Positions 19,537 to 33,242 of a stretch of 64,000 nt of DNA are shown here, one piece after another. The stretch covers positions 823 through 64,822 of the forward strand of contig CAWCLF010000002.1 of NCBI GenBank assembly GCA_963796325.1, read 5' to 3'. The notes below the pieces were generated by a model, which made no database searches, was not told the origin of the DNA, and saw only the letters and a program-made list of their open reading frames with translations. The position numbers were made by a program, and so were the translations under genes. Origin of the DNA: an uncultured Spirochaetota bacterium (lineage in GTDB: Bacteria > Spirochaetota > Brevinematia > Brevinematales > JAOACQ01). Within the stretch, counting starts at the first letter, position 1. Every line of letters begins with the position of its first letter.

Positions 19537-20958
19537 ATGAATATACCTGATTTTTCCAGCTCATCGGTACTTGTCGCAGGGGATGTCATGCTCGATCAGT
19601 ATTACTACGGTCATGTCAGCCGCATCTCCCCTGAAGCGCCTGTTCCGGTTATAAAAGTGAACGACTGCCGCTATGCGCCCGGCGGAGCGGCGAACGTATC
19701 CAATAATATCGTCAGTCTGGGGGCCGGGTCCTCCCTGATCGGGGCGGCGGGAGGCGATCAGAACGGAAGGATATTGTCCAGGCTTTTAAAAAACCTTAAA
19801 ATCAAGGGAAATCTCATAAAATCCGCCGGCACGGTGACTAAAATGCGCATTATAGGAGACCACCAGCAGATAGCAAGGCTGGACTTCGAGGGACCGGCCG
19901 AAGACGGGGACAGAATCGCAGAACTGGCCCTGCCGGTAATCGAAAAAGAGCTCGCAGGAACCGGCATCGTGATCATATCGGATTACGCGAAGGGTTTCTG
20001 CTCGATTCCCCTGTGCAGGGAAATCATCGGCATGGCCGGTGCGGCAGGAAAGCCCGTCATAATAGACCCCAAGGGTTCAGACTGGAGCAAATACAGGGGC
20101 GCATATCTTATCAGCCCGAATCTCAAGGAACTTGGTGAAATCTGCGGACACGATATTATGAACGAAGATTATGAAATCGAGAAATGCGGTTCGGAAATTT
20201 TAAAAAAATATTCATTTAAAAATCTCCTGGTAACGCGTTCGGAAAAAGGCATGACCCTCCTGGAAGGAAGCGGGATCACCCATATACGCTCGGAGGCAAG
20301 GGATGTTTTCGACGTATCGGGAGCGGGGGATACCGCGATCGCAGTACTTGCCCTCGGAATAGCAGGCGGAATGACACTTAAAGACGCCGTCAGGCTTTCA
20401 AACAGGGCCGCCGGCATCGTTGTCGGCAAATCGGGCACCGTTCCGATCCGTAAGGAAGAACTCCTGGGAACCTGCACCAAAAAAGAAGAAGGCAAAATTA
20501 TAGATACGTCCGGGATAAAAGAATACGCTGCAGAATTCAGAAAAGAGGGCAAAACCGTGGTATTTACAAACGGCTGTTTCGATATAATACACCGCGGTCA
20601 TGTCGAATATCTCCGGAAGGCGAAGGACCTGGGCGATATACTCATAATCGGCCTCAATACCGACGCCTCCGTCAGGGAGAACAAGGGTAAAGGAAGACCT
20701 CTCAATAATGAAAAAGACCGTGCGGAAGTGCTGTCGGCATTAGAGTTTGTCGATTATATCGTTCTCTTCGGCGAAAAGACCCCCTCATCGCTTATCAGGT
20801 CGATAAAACCCGATGTTCTTGTCAAAGGGGGCGATTACAAACCCCGGGATGTAGCCGGCAGGGAATACGCGGGTAAAACCGTTATAATACCGTTTCTCGA
20901 CGGTTATTCCACTACGGGGACGATAAAAAAGATCGAGGCGGGCGGATCATGCTTATAG
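19537..20958 (+). CDS. hldE: Bifunctional ADP-heptose synthase (kinase/adenylyltransferase)
   Basis: GDVMLD, RISPEAPVPV, DVSGAGDT, FTNGCFDIIHRGH, KGGDY. Confidence 0.95.
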   Translation: MNIPDFSSSSVLVAGDVMLDQYYYGHVSRISPEAPVPVIKVNDCRYAPGGAANVSNNIVSLGAGSSLIGAAGGDQNGRILSRLLKNLKIKGNLIKSAGTVTKMRIIGDHQQIARLDFEGPAEDGDRIAELALPVIEKELAGTGIVIISDYAKGFCSIPLCREIIGMAGAAGKPVIIDPKGSDWSKYRGAYLISPNLKELGEICGHDIMNEDYEIEKCGSEILKKYSFKNLLVTRSEKGMTLLEGSGITHIRSEARDVFDVSGAGDTAIAVLALGIAGGMTLKDAVRLSNRAAGIVVGKSGTVPIRKEELLGTCTKKEEGKIIDTSGIKEYAAEFRKEGKTVVFTNGCFDIIHRGHVEYLRKAKDLGDILIIGLNTDASVRENKGKGRPLNNEKDRAEVLSALEFVDYIVLFGEKTPSSLIRSIKPDVLVKGGDYKPRDVAGREYAGKTVIIPFLDGYSTTGTIKKIEAGGSCL

Positions 20959-21899
20959 TTACAGGCGGAGCGGGATTTATCGGCAGCAACCTTATAAGGG
21001 GGCTCAATTCGGTATCAATGAATAATATTCTTGCGGTCGACGACCTGAACAATGGCGGAAAGCATATGAACCTCAACAGCCTCGCTTTTTCGGATTATAT
21101 GGATAAGGAAGATTTTTTACGCTTACTCCCGGGATTTAAGCCTAAACGGGTCGAAGCCGTTTTCCACCTGGGCGCCTGTTCCGATACAATGGAAAAAAAC
21201 GGCAGGTATATGATGGAAAACAACTACGATTACTCTAAAAAACTCCTGGATTACTGCCTTCTCAATAGAATACCCTTTATTTACGCTTCGTCGGCCTCGG
21301 TTTACGGCGACGGTTCGAGGGGTTTCAGGGAGGACAGCCGCTGCGAATATCCCCTGAACATATACGCTTTTTCAAAATTCCTCTTCGACAGGTATGTCAG
21401 GCGGTTATTTCCCCATGCAAAATCGCAGATAGCAGGACTCCGGTATTTCAACGTTTACGGCCCGCAGGAAAATCACAAGGGAAGAATGGCCAGCGTTATG
21501 AATCATTTTTTCGGTGAAATTAAAAAGGAAGGAAAAATAAAACTCTTCGAAGGAAGTGCGGATTTCAGGAGGGATTTCGTTTTCGTAAACGACATAGTCG
21601 ACATCAATCTTTTTTTCTATGCTGATCCTTCCAAAAGCGGAATTTACAACTGCGGTACAGGCAGGGCTGAAAGTTACCTGAAGGTTGCCCAGACCATTGC
21701 AGGCTTATACCCGGGCGCAGGGATCGATTTTATCCCCTTCCCCAAGGAATTAAAAGGAAAATACCAGGCTTTTACGGAAGCTGACCTTGCAATACTCAGG
21801 TCGGCCGGATATAAAAAAGAATTCACCCCCATCGAAAAGGGGATAGCTGTTTACACCGGCATCCTCGACAAAAGCGGCGGGTACTACCTTCCCGAATGA
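20949..21899 (+). CDS. hldD: ADP-L-glycero-D-manno-heptose 6-epimerase
   Basis: VTGGAGFIGSN, HLGACSDT, YASSA, YAFSK, RYFNVYGPxExHKGRMAS. Confidence 0.95.
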   Translation: MLIVTGGAGFIGSNLIRGLNSVSMNNILAVDDLNNGGKHMNLNSLAFSDYMDKEDFLRLLPGFKPKRVEAVFHLGACSDTMEKNGRYMMENNYDYSKKLLDYCLLNRIPFIYASSASVYGDGSRGFREDSRCEYPLNIYAFSKFLFDRYVRRLFPHAKSQIAGLRYFNVYGPQENHKGRMASVMNHFFGEIKKEGKIKLFEGSADFRRDFVFVNDIVDINLFFYADPSKSGIYNCGTGRAESYLKVAQTIAGLYPGAGIDFIPFPKELKGKYQAFTEADLAILRSAGYKKEFTPIEKGIAVYTGILDKSGGYYLPE

Positions 21900-21966
21900 T
21901 GTTTTCATTTTAATATGACGGCAAATCAAATTTTTATTATATTTTAACCAATTGCAGAGAGGTCTT

Positions 21967-22299
21967 ATGCCCGATTATATTGAAGTAACAGTCACAATCG
22001 ACAATAAAAAGATCGCGGTAAGGATCGCGAACGAACTCCTGGATAAAAGACTGGCCGCCTGCGTCCAGATCAGCGGGCCCGTCGAAAGTTTTTACGAGTG
22101 GGATGGAAAAAGGACCAGAACCAGGGAATGGAAGCTCGCGATAAAAACCAGGGACGATATTTTCAGCATGGTTGAAAAGGCAGTTAAAGAGCTTCATCCT
22201 TATGCTGTGCCGGAAATAATAATCAGGAAGATCGAAGGCGGTTCCGGGGATTACCTTGAGTGGATAGAAAGGAGCGTTTATGAAAAACCCGGAATTTAA
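21967..22299 (+). CDS. cutA: Divalent cation tolerance protein CutA
   Basis: LAACVQI..V.S.Y.W.G, HPYAVPEII, YLEW. Confidence 0.92.
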   Translation: MPDYIEVTVTIDNKKIAVRIANELLDKRLAACVQISGPVESFYEWDGKRTRTREWKLAIKTRDDIFSMVEKAVKELHPYAVPEIIIRKIEGGSGDYLEWIERSVYEKPGI

Positions 22300-23161
22300 A
22301 GAAATAACCCTCGAAGATAAACAGGTTTTCAATCATTTTTTCAATTCTTATCTTCCCAAAATATCCGAATTCACTTTTACCAACCTTTTTATCTGGTCAA
22401 AACCGAAAAATATTAAATATTCCCTGTACGATGAAGGCCTTATCATGAAAGCCAGCGACAGGGAAGGAAGGCCGTATTTTTTGCCCCCCATCGGTTATAA
22501 CAACTGTGAAGAGATACTGAAATTTATCATGGATTACGGCAGACTTAACGGTATAAACCTTATTGAACTTCTCCCCGAATTCCAGAAAAAATATATTAAA
22601 CACCAGCCCTGCCGCATCATTACCGACCGCAACAGCTTCGACTATATCTACAAATCCCAGTCCCTGGCCACGCTCAAGGGGTGGCGCCTTGACGGCAAGA
22701 GGGGGTTCATAAAAAAATTCGAGCAAAATTACAAATATGAATATGTAAGGTATGATAAGAGTTATGAAAATGACTGCCTTTCCCTTTATAAGACCTGGAT
22801 GGGTGAAAAACATAAAATCGATAAAGGCATTAATGACGAGCATATCGTTTTCGAGGAATTCATTGAAAATTTCGACAAACTGGACGCCGTCGGAGGATTG
22901 ATCTACATAGGCGGAAAACTTGTGGCCTTCTCATTCGGGGAAAGGCTGAACGATACTACATTCGTAATTCACTTTGAAAAAGCCGACACCGATTACCCGG
23001 GAAGCTACCAGGTCATCAACCAGGAATTTGTCCGGAACGAAGTGGCGGATTTTTATCCTTTCGTCAACAGGGAGCAGGATATGGGAATAGAAGGCCTGAG
23101 AAAGGCAAAACTCAGCTATGCACCCTTCAGACTGCTGAAGAAATATACCGTGGATTTTTGA
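22280..23161 (+). CDS. DUF2156 / phosphatidylglycerol lysyltransferase C-domain-like GNAT protein
   Basis: SEFTFTNLFIW, DYIY..LATLKG, HFEKA, NREQDMGIEGLRKAKLSY.P. Confidence 0.88.
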   Translation: MKNPEFKEITLEDKQVFNHFFNSYLPKISEFTFTNLFIWSKPKNIKYSLYDEGLIMKASDREGRPYFLPPIGYNNCEEILKFIMDYGRLNGINLIELLPEFQKKYIKHQPCRIITDRNSFDYIYKSQSLATLKGWRLDGKRGFIKKFEQNYKYEYVRYDKSYENDCLSLYKTWMGEKHKIDKGINDEHIVFEEFIENFDKLDAVGGLIYIGGKLVAFSFGERLNDTTFVIHFEKADTDYPGSYQVINQEFVRNEVADFYPFVNREQDMGIEGLRKAKLSYAPFRLLKKYTVDF

Positions 23162-23176
23162 CCGGGAGGGTCTTGC

Positions 23177-24778
23177 CTACCTTGACTCTCCCGAGAAGAG
23201 GTTCGTGTCGATCGAGGAAAGCTTTTCACTGTCGCTGCCCGAAAGCCTCCAGAAGAACCTCTCCTGATCGATATAATTTGTCAGGATATCCGGAAGCTTG
23301 AGGATCATAAAATCATTTGTGCCGATCAACTGTACGCTGTAATGGAAATCCTGGAGCGGGAAACCCTCCTTCCCTTCGCCCGCAGATATCCCGAATACCT
23401 GCAGGGATAAACTCAAACCGACCGCATCCGCATCGCCTGTATTAAGCACCTTCAGCGAAGGCCCGTTTGTCTCTTCCGGGCTTCCGTTCAGCATGAAATC
23501 GGCCCTGATTAACGGCCTGGGAAGATGCATAGTCGGGACTTTCATCGCGTCAGTCACTCCGATATTAAATTCGGGATCTAAAGCTACGACTAGAAACTCT
23601 GCTGAGCCGTCTTTGATATTGTCGGAGGCGGCAGTTCCGATTTCGCATGTTTTTGATTCGCCGGGAACCAGCGATATGTTGCTGACCGGGCTGAAAGTAA
23701 GTTCTTCGCAGCCTTTTAAAGGAACGACCTGTATCGAGGAGTTTTCAGAATATCCGCTTCCGCCGTTAGAGATGGTAGCCTTCAAGATGTTCGGTGTCCG
23801 GGCATGAAATGCCCTGCCGGGACTTTCGGGAGGTTCCGAATTTAAGGACAGCGAAGGCGGGAGGGGAGGTTTTTTCGGGATATCGATTACCAGGGTGTCG
23901 CTTTTAATGAAGGAATTCGTCTCGCAGGCATAGGCCCTGAAGAATGCCGTCTCGTCCCTGGCGTCTTTAGAAGCCTCGAAAGATATTGAAAATACTGTAT
24001 TCTGCCCCGCACCGATATTTATTACCGGCGGATTATCAAAACTTATGCCGTTGGTGTTCGATATGCCTTCGATCACAAGCGTGTCGTTGACCGAATCGAA
24101 CCCTCCCTTATTCTCAACAGTAAAATCGATGCTTCCCTTTACAGGGGCCCTCAATATGTTATCGTTCCCGAGTTTTTTTTCGTAATTCATTACAAGGATC
24201 GGCCTGTTCGCAAGCCGCATATACCTGTCGGGATTTTCCAGGGCTGTTATGATGTTCGAGAATTTCCTCTTGACGGCGATATCGAGCGCCGTCGACTTTT
24301 CATCTATGTCCATATAAGCTTGCGTTGTTAGATTCGTGAGAACGGCGCCCTGAACTATGAGATATTTGACGCCGAGGTCGTCCTCGTAATAAGTAAAATA
24401 ATGAAGGGCGGTCCAGCCGTACTTGTCATGAAGATTTATATCCGCGCCTTTAAGGACAAGAAGCTTCAGCATGTCGAGGTTTCTTAAAAGCGCGCAGTAT
24501 TCAAGAGGCGTGACTTGATTTTTATCCCTTGAATTGACATCGGCCCCCTTCCCCAGGAGGTATGCGGCTATCTTGAGGTTGGCCTGGAGTACCGCCCAGT
24601 GCAGGGGCGTCCTGTCCTTATTCACGTGATCGTTTACATTTGCACCCTTATTAACTATTTTCTCAACATCCTTGATCCTGCCCTTCGATATTGCAACAAC
24701 GAGGTCCCTGGTAAGGTCTGGAAATGCCGGAACGGCTATAATAAATATAAACAAAAAGAGGGATAAGCACCTTTTCAT
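23177..24778 (-). CDS. Secreted ankyrin-repeat protein with C-terminal Ig/CARDB-like domains
   Basis: Signal peptide; TPLHWA, GADVN, TALHY repeats; N.G beta-sandwich motifs. Confidence 0.8.
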   Translation of the reverse strand: MKRCLSLFLFIFIIAVPAFPDLTRDLVVAISKGRIKDVEKIVNKGANVNDHVNKDRTPLHWAVLQANLKIAAYLLGKGADVNSRDKNQVTPLEYCALLRNLDMLKLLVLKGADINLHDKYGWTALHYFTYYEDDLGVKYLIVQGAVLTNLTTQAYMDIDEKSTALDIAVKRKFSNIITALENPDRYMRLANRPILVMNYEKKLGNDNILRAPVKGSIDFTVENKGGFDSVNDTLVIEGISNTNGISFDNPPVINIGAGQNTVFSISFEASKDARDETAFFRAYACETNSFIKSDTLVIDIPKKPPLPPSLSLNSEPPESPGRAFHARTPNILKATISNGGSGYSENSSIQVVPLKGCEELTFSPVSNISLVPGESKTCEIGTAASDNIKDGSAEFLVVALDPEFNIGVTDAMKVPTMHLPRPLIRADFMLNGSPEETNGPSLKVLNTGDADAVGLSLSLQVFGISAGEGKEGFPLQDFHYSVQLIGTNDFMILKLPDILTNYIDQERFFWRLSGSDSEKLSSIDTNLFSGESR

Positions 24779-24790
24779 AAAGGACCCCTC

Positions 24791-28027
<3,237 letters not shown>

Positions 28028-28109
28028 TAAAACCTCTTAGTGGTAAAACCCCGATATTATAGCGGGAAAAGGCGAAATTGTCATTTTTTAAGGCGCAGAG
28101 GACGGTGCA

Positions 28110-28958
28110 TCAAACGATTTTATCCGCAATCCACCGGATAAGCGATTTCGTTTCCTTAAAATTCTTCAAAAACAATCCGGCCAGGTCCGAGTGGTTCGAG
28201 TCCCTGATTACCCTCAATTCTGCCAGATCCTCGTTCTTCTCATTGATTTTAGCGACAAATGACCTTGAATGGGATAGATCGATGATAGGATCCCTCTGCC
28301 CATGAATGCAGAGGACGGGTATCCTTTCATTACCGGTTACATAACGGATCGGGCTTGCAAGGTCCCTGTCTTCATGCGTCGGCGCATAATTCCGGAACAT
28401 CCTTTCTATCCCCCTGCTTTTACTCTTCAGGGTAAGATCGAGGGGACCGCTTATCGAGATCAGCGCTCTGAAATATTCCGGATCGATGCCGAACTTTTCC
28501 TGCAGAAGCCGGTTATAAACGAGAAGTCCCGCAAGTTCCCCGCCGGCCGATTGACCGGCTGCAATCGTCTTTTTATAATTAAGCCCGTATTCCCCCGATA
28601 CCTCGACATATTTTTTAAAGGCGCTGAAAATATCTATCATCTGGGAGGGAAACTTGGACCCGGGGACAGGCCTGTATCCCGGCATGACAGTGGGAAACCC
28701 GTAACGGGCAAAAAAATTGCCTATGAACCTCATATCTTCAGGACTGAATAAGGTCCATCCTCCGCCATGGATAAAAAAAACGACCCCATCGCGTCTTTTT
28801 ACCGACCTCGGAACAAATATCAGGATATACTGATTCTTTTGAACTCCATAGTAAATTTTACTTTTAACGATGTCATGTCCCGATATAAGGTTTTCCTTTA
28901 TAACCCTCATTACCAATGAAGGTCTTTTCAGCAATTCCTCAATCGTCCAGATAATCAC
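28110..28958 (-). CDS. Alpha/beta hydrolase (HSL-like esterase)
   Basis: HGGGW, GQSAGG, HGxxDP, H. Confidence 0.85.
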   Translation of the reverse strand: MIIWTIEELLKRPSLVMRVIKENLISGHDIVKSKIYYGVQKNQYILIFVPRSVKRRDGVVFFIHGGGWTLFSPEDMRFIGNFFARYGFPTVMPGYRPVPGSKFPSQMIDIFSAFKKYVEVSGEYGLNYKKTIAAGQSAGGELAGLLVYNRLLQEKFGIDPEYFRALISISGPLDLTLKSKSRGIERMFRNYAPTHEDRDLASPIRYVTGNERIPVLCIHGQRDPIIDLSHSRSFVAKINEKNEDLAELRVIRDSNHSDLAGLFLKNFKETKSLIRWIADKIV

Positions 28959-28969
28959 AAAAGTTCCCT

Positions 28970-29683
28970 CTAAATATGAAATACACGTTTAAATTTTATC
29001 CTCTTTTTCATGACATAGTGCAGAAAAAGAAACAGCAGCGACAGGGGAATTAAAACGGAAAGAACGACAAAAGACCATGAGGGCTTGACAACCTTGAACA
29101 TCAGGTTTGAAAGGAGACTGTCGAAACAGAAGCACAGGATGCCCGCTGCAATCAGAATAAAGGCCCCGATATTCAATCCCTTTTCCTTTACCCTGATCGC
29201 AAGAATAATTACAGTCAAAGATAAAAGGTAGAACAGGATCAGTGAGGGCAGGGCAACAGGAAAAAACCAGGACATTTTATCGTAAAGAAAGTCGAAAAAG
29301 AACAGGAGCAAACCTATGACGACCATAATAGCGGTTGTATAAATAAGATAATTTTTTATGGAGAAAAGCACTATTGTCACGCAAAGCCATGCGGCTATTA
29401 TCGATGAAAGGGCGTAGCCCGTCCAGGCGTTCATTCCCTTGTACTCGAAGTTTAATGTCAGCAGGACGAAGAGCGGAATAAAGAAGATCACGGTTATTAT
29501 GATCCATGTCAGATGCAGGTTATATTTTTCCGCAGATTTTTTTTCATCCTGGAGGCTTTCCCGGGGATATGGAGTTCCGGGAATTGAATTTTCTCCTGCA
29601 AGCTTCTGGATCGGGGTTCCGCAGAGAGGGCAATTCAGGACGTTTTCATCGACTTCCACTCCGCATTTTGAACAAAATGGCAT
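28970..29683 (-). CDS. Zinc-ribbon membrane protein (DUF6320-like)
   Basis: CxxC..CPLC N-terminus, about 6 TM helices, C-terminal KRVFHI. Confidence 0.75.
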   Translation of the reverse strand: MPFCSKCGVEVDENVLNCPLCGTPIQKLAGENSIPGTPYPRESLQDEKKSAEKYNLHLTWIIITVIFFIPLFVLLTLNFEYKGMNAWTGYALSSIIAAWLCVTIVLFSIKNYLIYTTAIMVVIGLLLFFFDFLYDKMSWFFPVALPSLILFYLLSLTVIILAIRVKEKGLNIGAFILIAAGILCFCFDSLLSNLMFKVVKPSWSFVVLSVLIPLSLLFLFLHYVMKKRIKFKRVFHI

Positions 29684-29693
29684 ACTGCACCTC

Positions 29694-30995
29694 TTAATTT
29701 GTTTCTATTTTAACGGGAATTCCCATTTTAACAAGCCTGTTAAAAAAATATTTTTCAATTTCCGTTTCATTGATAGTCCTCCCGAAGGTAATGCTGACTT
29801 TATTCTTGAAACTGATTACCCCGCAATTGCATTTTGAGGTAGGTTCGGGAGGAAGAATAAAATCAAACCTTTCGATATAAGCGCCGATGCCTTCCGGCAT
29901 CACGACAACCCCTAAATTCGAAAGGCCGCTTGTAGTTCCGTTTCCGCCGATCACTTTATAATAACTTGAAATAAGAAGATTTTTTAAAAAGAGGGGAAGA
30001 GCCCTGACCACTATATTCCTTTCCGCCTTGACATTCCTCGCCATATCGGGCTGTACCGCTTTTACCGTCGCCCGCAGCCTGACATAGTGGTGGACAAGAT
30101 TGACGATTTCCTCCAGGCTGTACCGGCCGAGATTCGGATCGATTTCCGGTATCGCAAACAGTGAAAAATTCCTCATTGTTTTTGAACCGAACATCTTTCT
30201 TAAATTAAAAGGTATCATTATCCTGATAGGATTCAAATCCTTAATTAGAGCGGAGGGCCCCTGATTTAAAAAAACCTCCTGGAAAGCCTCGAATAGAACG
30301 GATATCAGGAAGTCGTTTATAGTCGCATTATATTTCCTGGATATTTCCGACAAAAGATCGACCGGAACTATTCCGGTAATGATATTATAAATCCCTTCAT
30401 CCAGATTTTTATGAGGCAGGTGAAATGCCCGTTTTTCTTTTGCGGGAGCCGGAGCTTTCTTATTATAATATTTAAGGAAAGAATCCTCGGCTTCTTCAGG
30501 GTCCGGCTTCTGACCCGCCCTCATAATATCTCCCCATTCTTCGAATGGCCCGTAAACCAGGCTGATATATTCGGCCGCAAGAGCCTTGAGAAAGGCAATT
30601 GCGCCCATTCCGTCCGTTAGAGCATGAAAATACTCGACAGCTATCCTGTTCCTGTAAACTTTCACACGGAATAAAAAAATACCCTTCCTCTTGACCGGTA
30701 TTTTACCGCAGGGATACCGTGAATCGGGAAAGATCTTCGGTATATCCTTAGTATGTTCAAGATAATACCAGAAAAAACCCTTCTTCAGGTGAACCCTGTA
30801 ATAAGGAAAGCGGCTGATGAGATTTCCAAGGGCTTTCTGCAGAGTAATGACCTTGACCGGTAATTTTAAAGTAACGGACAGCCTGAAAACAGTCGTCAGG
30901 TACGAGGTGGTTATAGACGGGTATAACTTGCCGGCATTATCAAGCCTGTACCAGAAATCATCTTCATGCGAAAGCCTGATTTTACTTTTAGACAT
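29694..30995 (-). CDS. Alcohol acetyltransferase / condensation-domain-like acyltransferase
   Basis: WYRLDNAGKLYP, FHALTDG (HxxxDG), NLR..F.S.T.RNF, SNLG. Confidence 0.8.
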   Translation of the reverse strand: MSKSKIRLSHEDDFWYRLDNAGKLYPSITTSYLTTVFRLSVTLKLPVKVITLQKALGNLISRFPYYRVHLKKGFFWYYLEHTKDIPKIFPDSRYPCGKIPVKRKGIFLFRVKVYRNRIAVEYFHALTDGMGAIAFLKALAAEYISLVYGPFEEWGDIMRAGQKPDPEEAEDSFLKYYNKKAPAPAKEKRAFHLPHKNLDEGIYNIITGIVPVDLLSEISRKYNATINDFLISVLFEAFQEVFLNQGPSALIKDLNPIRIMIPFNLRKMFGSKTMRNFSLFAIPEIDPNLGRYSLEEIVNLVHHYVRLRATVKAVQPDMARNVKAERNIVVRALPLFLKNLLISSYYKVIGGNGTTSGLSNLGVVVMPEGIGAYIERFDFILPPEPTSKCNCGVISFKNKVSITFGRTINETEIEKYFFNRLVKMGIPVKIETN

Positions 30996-31082
30996 ATTTT
31001 TATAAACACACCTCGTATAAAGTATATTGATAAAGGAATTTTATATCAACCCGGTTTGACAATTATTTCAATCAGGGGGAGT

Positions 31083-32445
31083 TCATCTTCCGGCTGCCAG
31101 GATCCTTCCCCAATCCGGATAAACGCAGAAATTAAGCCGGCCGTCGGCCGCTTCGAAATATTCCTTTCCATTCAGGAGATCATACCATCGGCCAGGCCAG
31201 CCGGCCGGCAGCCTGATCTTTACGTTTGCGATTTTTTTAGAAGAGTTGACGCATACAACCGCTTTATGGTCCCCGGCCTCCCTCCCAAAAGCGAATATTT
31301 TGTGATCGACTAATAGCTGGCGGTAGCTTCCGCATCTCAACAGAGGCAAGTCTTTACTGATGGAACTGAGTTTCATGACCGTTTCTTTCAATGGCAAATT
31401 CTCCTGTTTTGTACCTAAATCCCTGATATCGAGATTCGGTCTCAGCGGCCAGTCGGATTCTTTTATTTTCGCACCGGGGACTCCGCATTCACTGCCGTAA
31501 TAAACCGAAGGAATTCCGGGAATCGTGAACAGGAGTATGTAAAGGGGGTAAATGTGCGTTTTATCCTTAAGCATCGATACAATGCGGTCCACGTCATGGT
31601 TATCTGCAAAATTGTACAGGCTAAGGTTTTTGTATATGCCATCCGGGCCGAATTGGCGGTTCAGTGAATAAGCGATCTCGAAATAATTCGAATCGTTATG
31701 ACTGGACCAGAGCCCTTTATACAATTCATAATTCGTCACGGAATCGAGCATGCCGGGTTTAACCCATTTACGGTAATCTCCATGAATAACTTCTCCCATG
31801 AGCCATAAACCGGAACCCAGGCCACGGCAGAAACCTGAAAGGGAGCTCATGAAAATCGAAATCCAGTGAGTCAGCGGCATCAAGCCTCAAACCTTCTATT
31901 CCGAATTCATCTTTCCATAAGGCAATACTGCCGAATAGATAATCCCGCACTTCTTTGCTTTCAGGATTGAACTTCACAAGGTTCTGATACCCGTTCCAGC
32001 AGTCATATGCAAACCCGTCGCCGTAAGGACTCCTACGTGAAAAATCTACTCCTGAAAAACATTCCCTGTAAAAGGAATCTCTCCCTTTTCTTAAAAGGTC
32101 TTTAAACGGTCCGAAATCCCGTCCGCAATGATTGAAAACTGTGTCGAGGACAAGGCTTATTCCATTCTTATGAAGTTTCAGAGAAAGTTCTTTCAAATCC
32201 TCATTTGTCCCGAGCCGCCTGTCGACCTTCCTGTAATCCGCCGTATCGTATCCATGTGTAGAGCTATCGAAAACGGGCCCCAGGTAGAGAGCATTAACTC
32301 CCAGCGTGAGCATATGCCCGATCCAGCCGTCTATCCGGGAAATGCGGTTTACCGGTGCAGACGAAAAATCGTTTTCATGAGGAGCCCCGCAAAGTCCGAG
32401 CGGGTAAATATGGTAAAAAACCGCATCCTTGATCCATGAATTCAT
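31083..32445 (-). pseudogene. GH13 alpha-amylase/neopullulanase-family glycosidase split by a 1-nt frameshift
   Basis: Upstream ORF: HGYDT, DTVFNH, GLRLDAA. Downstream ORF: GEVIHG, DNHD. They join as DFDF/MSSL if one base is removed from the run at 31852-31855. Confidence 0.85.
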
Positions 32446-32466
32446 TCTTTCCTCCTTATTATCTTT

Positions 32467-32490
32467 AATATACCTACCGGTAGGTATATT
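32467..32490. promoter_or_regulatory. Perfect 24-bp palindrome, probable TetR operator of the GH13 gene
   Basis: AATATACCTACCGGTAGGTATATT. Confidence 0.75.
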
Positions 32491-32528
32491 ATTATTGCAA
32501 AATTTTTACTTTTTTAATCTGTGTCCAA

Positions 32529-33095
32529 TCAGGTATAAATTCCGTACTGCATCAGCCTCAAACTCTGCCGGATGCCGGCCTCGTCCAGTTCCATGAGGCC
32601 GTTGAGCCATAACCCTATGCAGGTATTGATCCCCCCTATGAACAGGGCCGTTGTGATCCTTTCCCTTCCGCGGATATTTCCGTACCTTACGGTTGCGCTT
32701 CGGACCATTTCTTCAAGTAATCCGAATACGCGCTCGTCCAGTTTCCTGATTATCGAATTCGCCTCGCTTTCCTTAAGGGCAAAATACATCGTAAGCTTCA
32801 TTCGGTAAAATTCGATATTCTCCCTGGCAAACCGGAAAAATGCCGCTGCAGTCTTTTCGAGGCTGAACGGCAGATCGCCGGAATATATTGCGGCATTCCG
32901 GACGTATTCAAGCATAATATTCCCGTATTTATCTACAATTGCGGATAAGAGGCCCGATTTGCTTCCGAAATAATGGTAAAGTGTCGGCTTTGTAACGCCG
33001 GAAGACACGCAGATCTCCTGTACGCCGACCGCCTCATATCCCCTGGCGGCAAAAAGGCCCGTACTTTTCACCATAAGGGTGTCCCTGTTATCCAT
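32529..33095 (-). CDS. TetR/AcrR family transcriptional regulator
   Basis: LFAARGYEAVGVQEIC..SGVTKPTLYHYFGSK HTH. Confidence 0.93.
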   Translation of the reverse strand: MDNRDTLMVKSTGLFAARGYEAVGVQEICVSSGVTKPTLYHYFGSKSGLLSAIVDKYGNIMLEYVRNAAIYSGDLPFSLEKTAAAFFRFARENIEFYRMKLTMYFALKESEANSIIRKLDERVFGLLEEMVRSATVRYGNIRGRERITTALFIGGINTCIGLWLNGLMELDEAGIRQSLRLMQYGIYT

Positions 33096-33114
33096 ATTCT
33101 TCTCCGATATATAT

Positions 33115-33130
33115 TATACCGATCGGTATA
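33115..33130. promoter_or_regulatory. Perfect 16-bp palindrome, probable TetR autoregulatory operator
   Basis: TATACCGATCGGTATA, 20 nt upstream of the TetR start. Confidence 0.75.
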
Positions 33131-33242
33131 GTAAAAGTCAAGGTAACACTGTTAAAATAATCAAACAGTTAATTGTAATATTCCTGCCGCCGCGATAAAA
33201 TAATCTGGACGAGCAGGGGGAATTATTTAATCGGAGGGCGGC

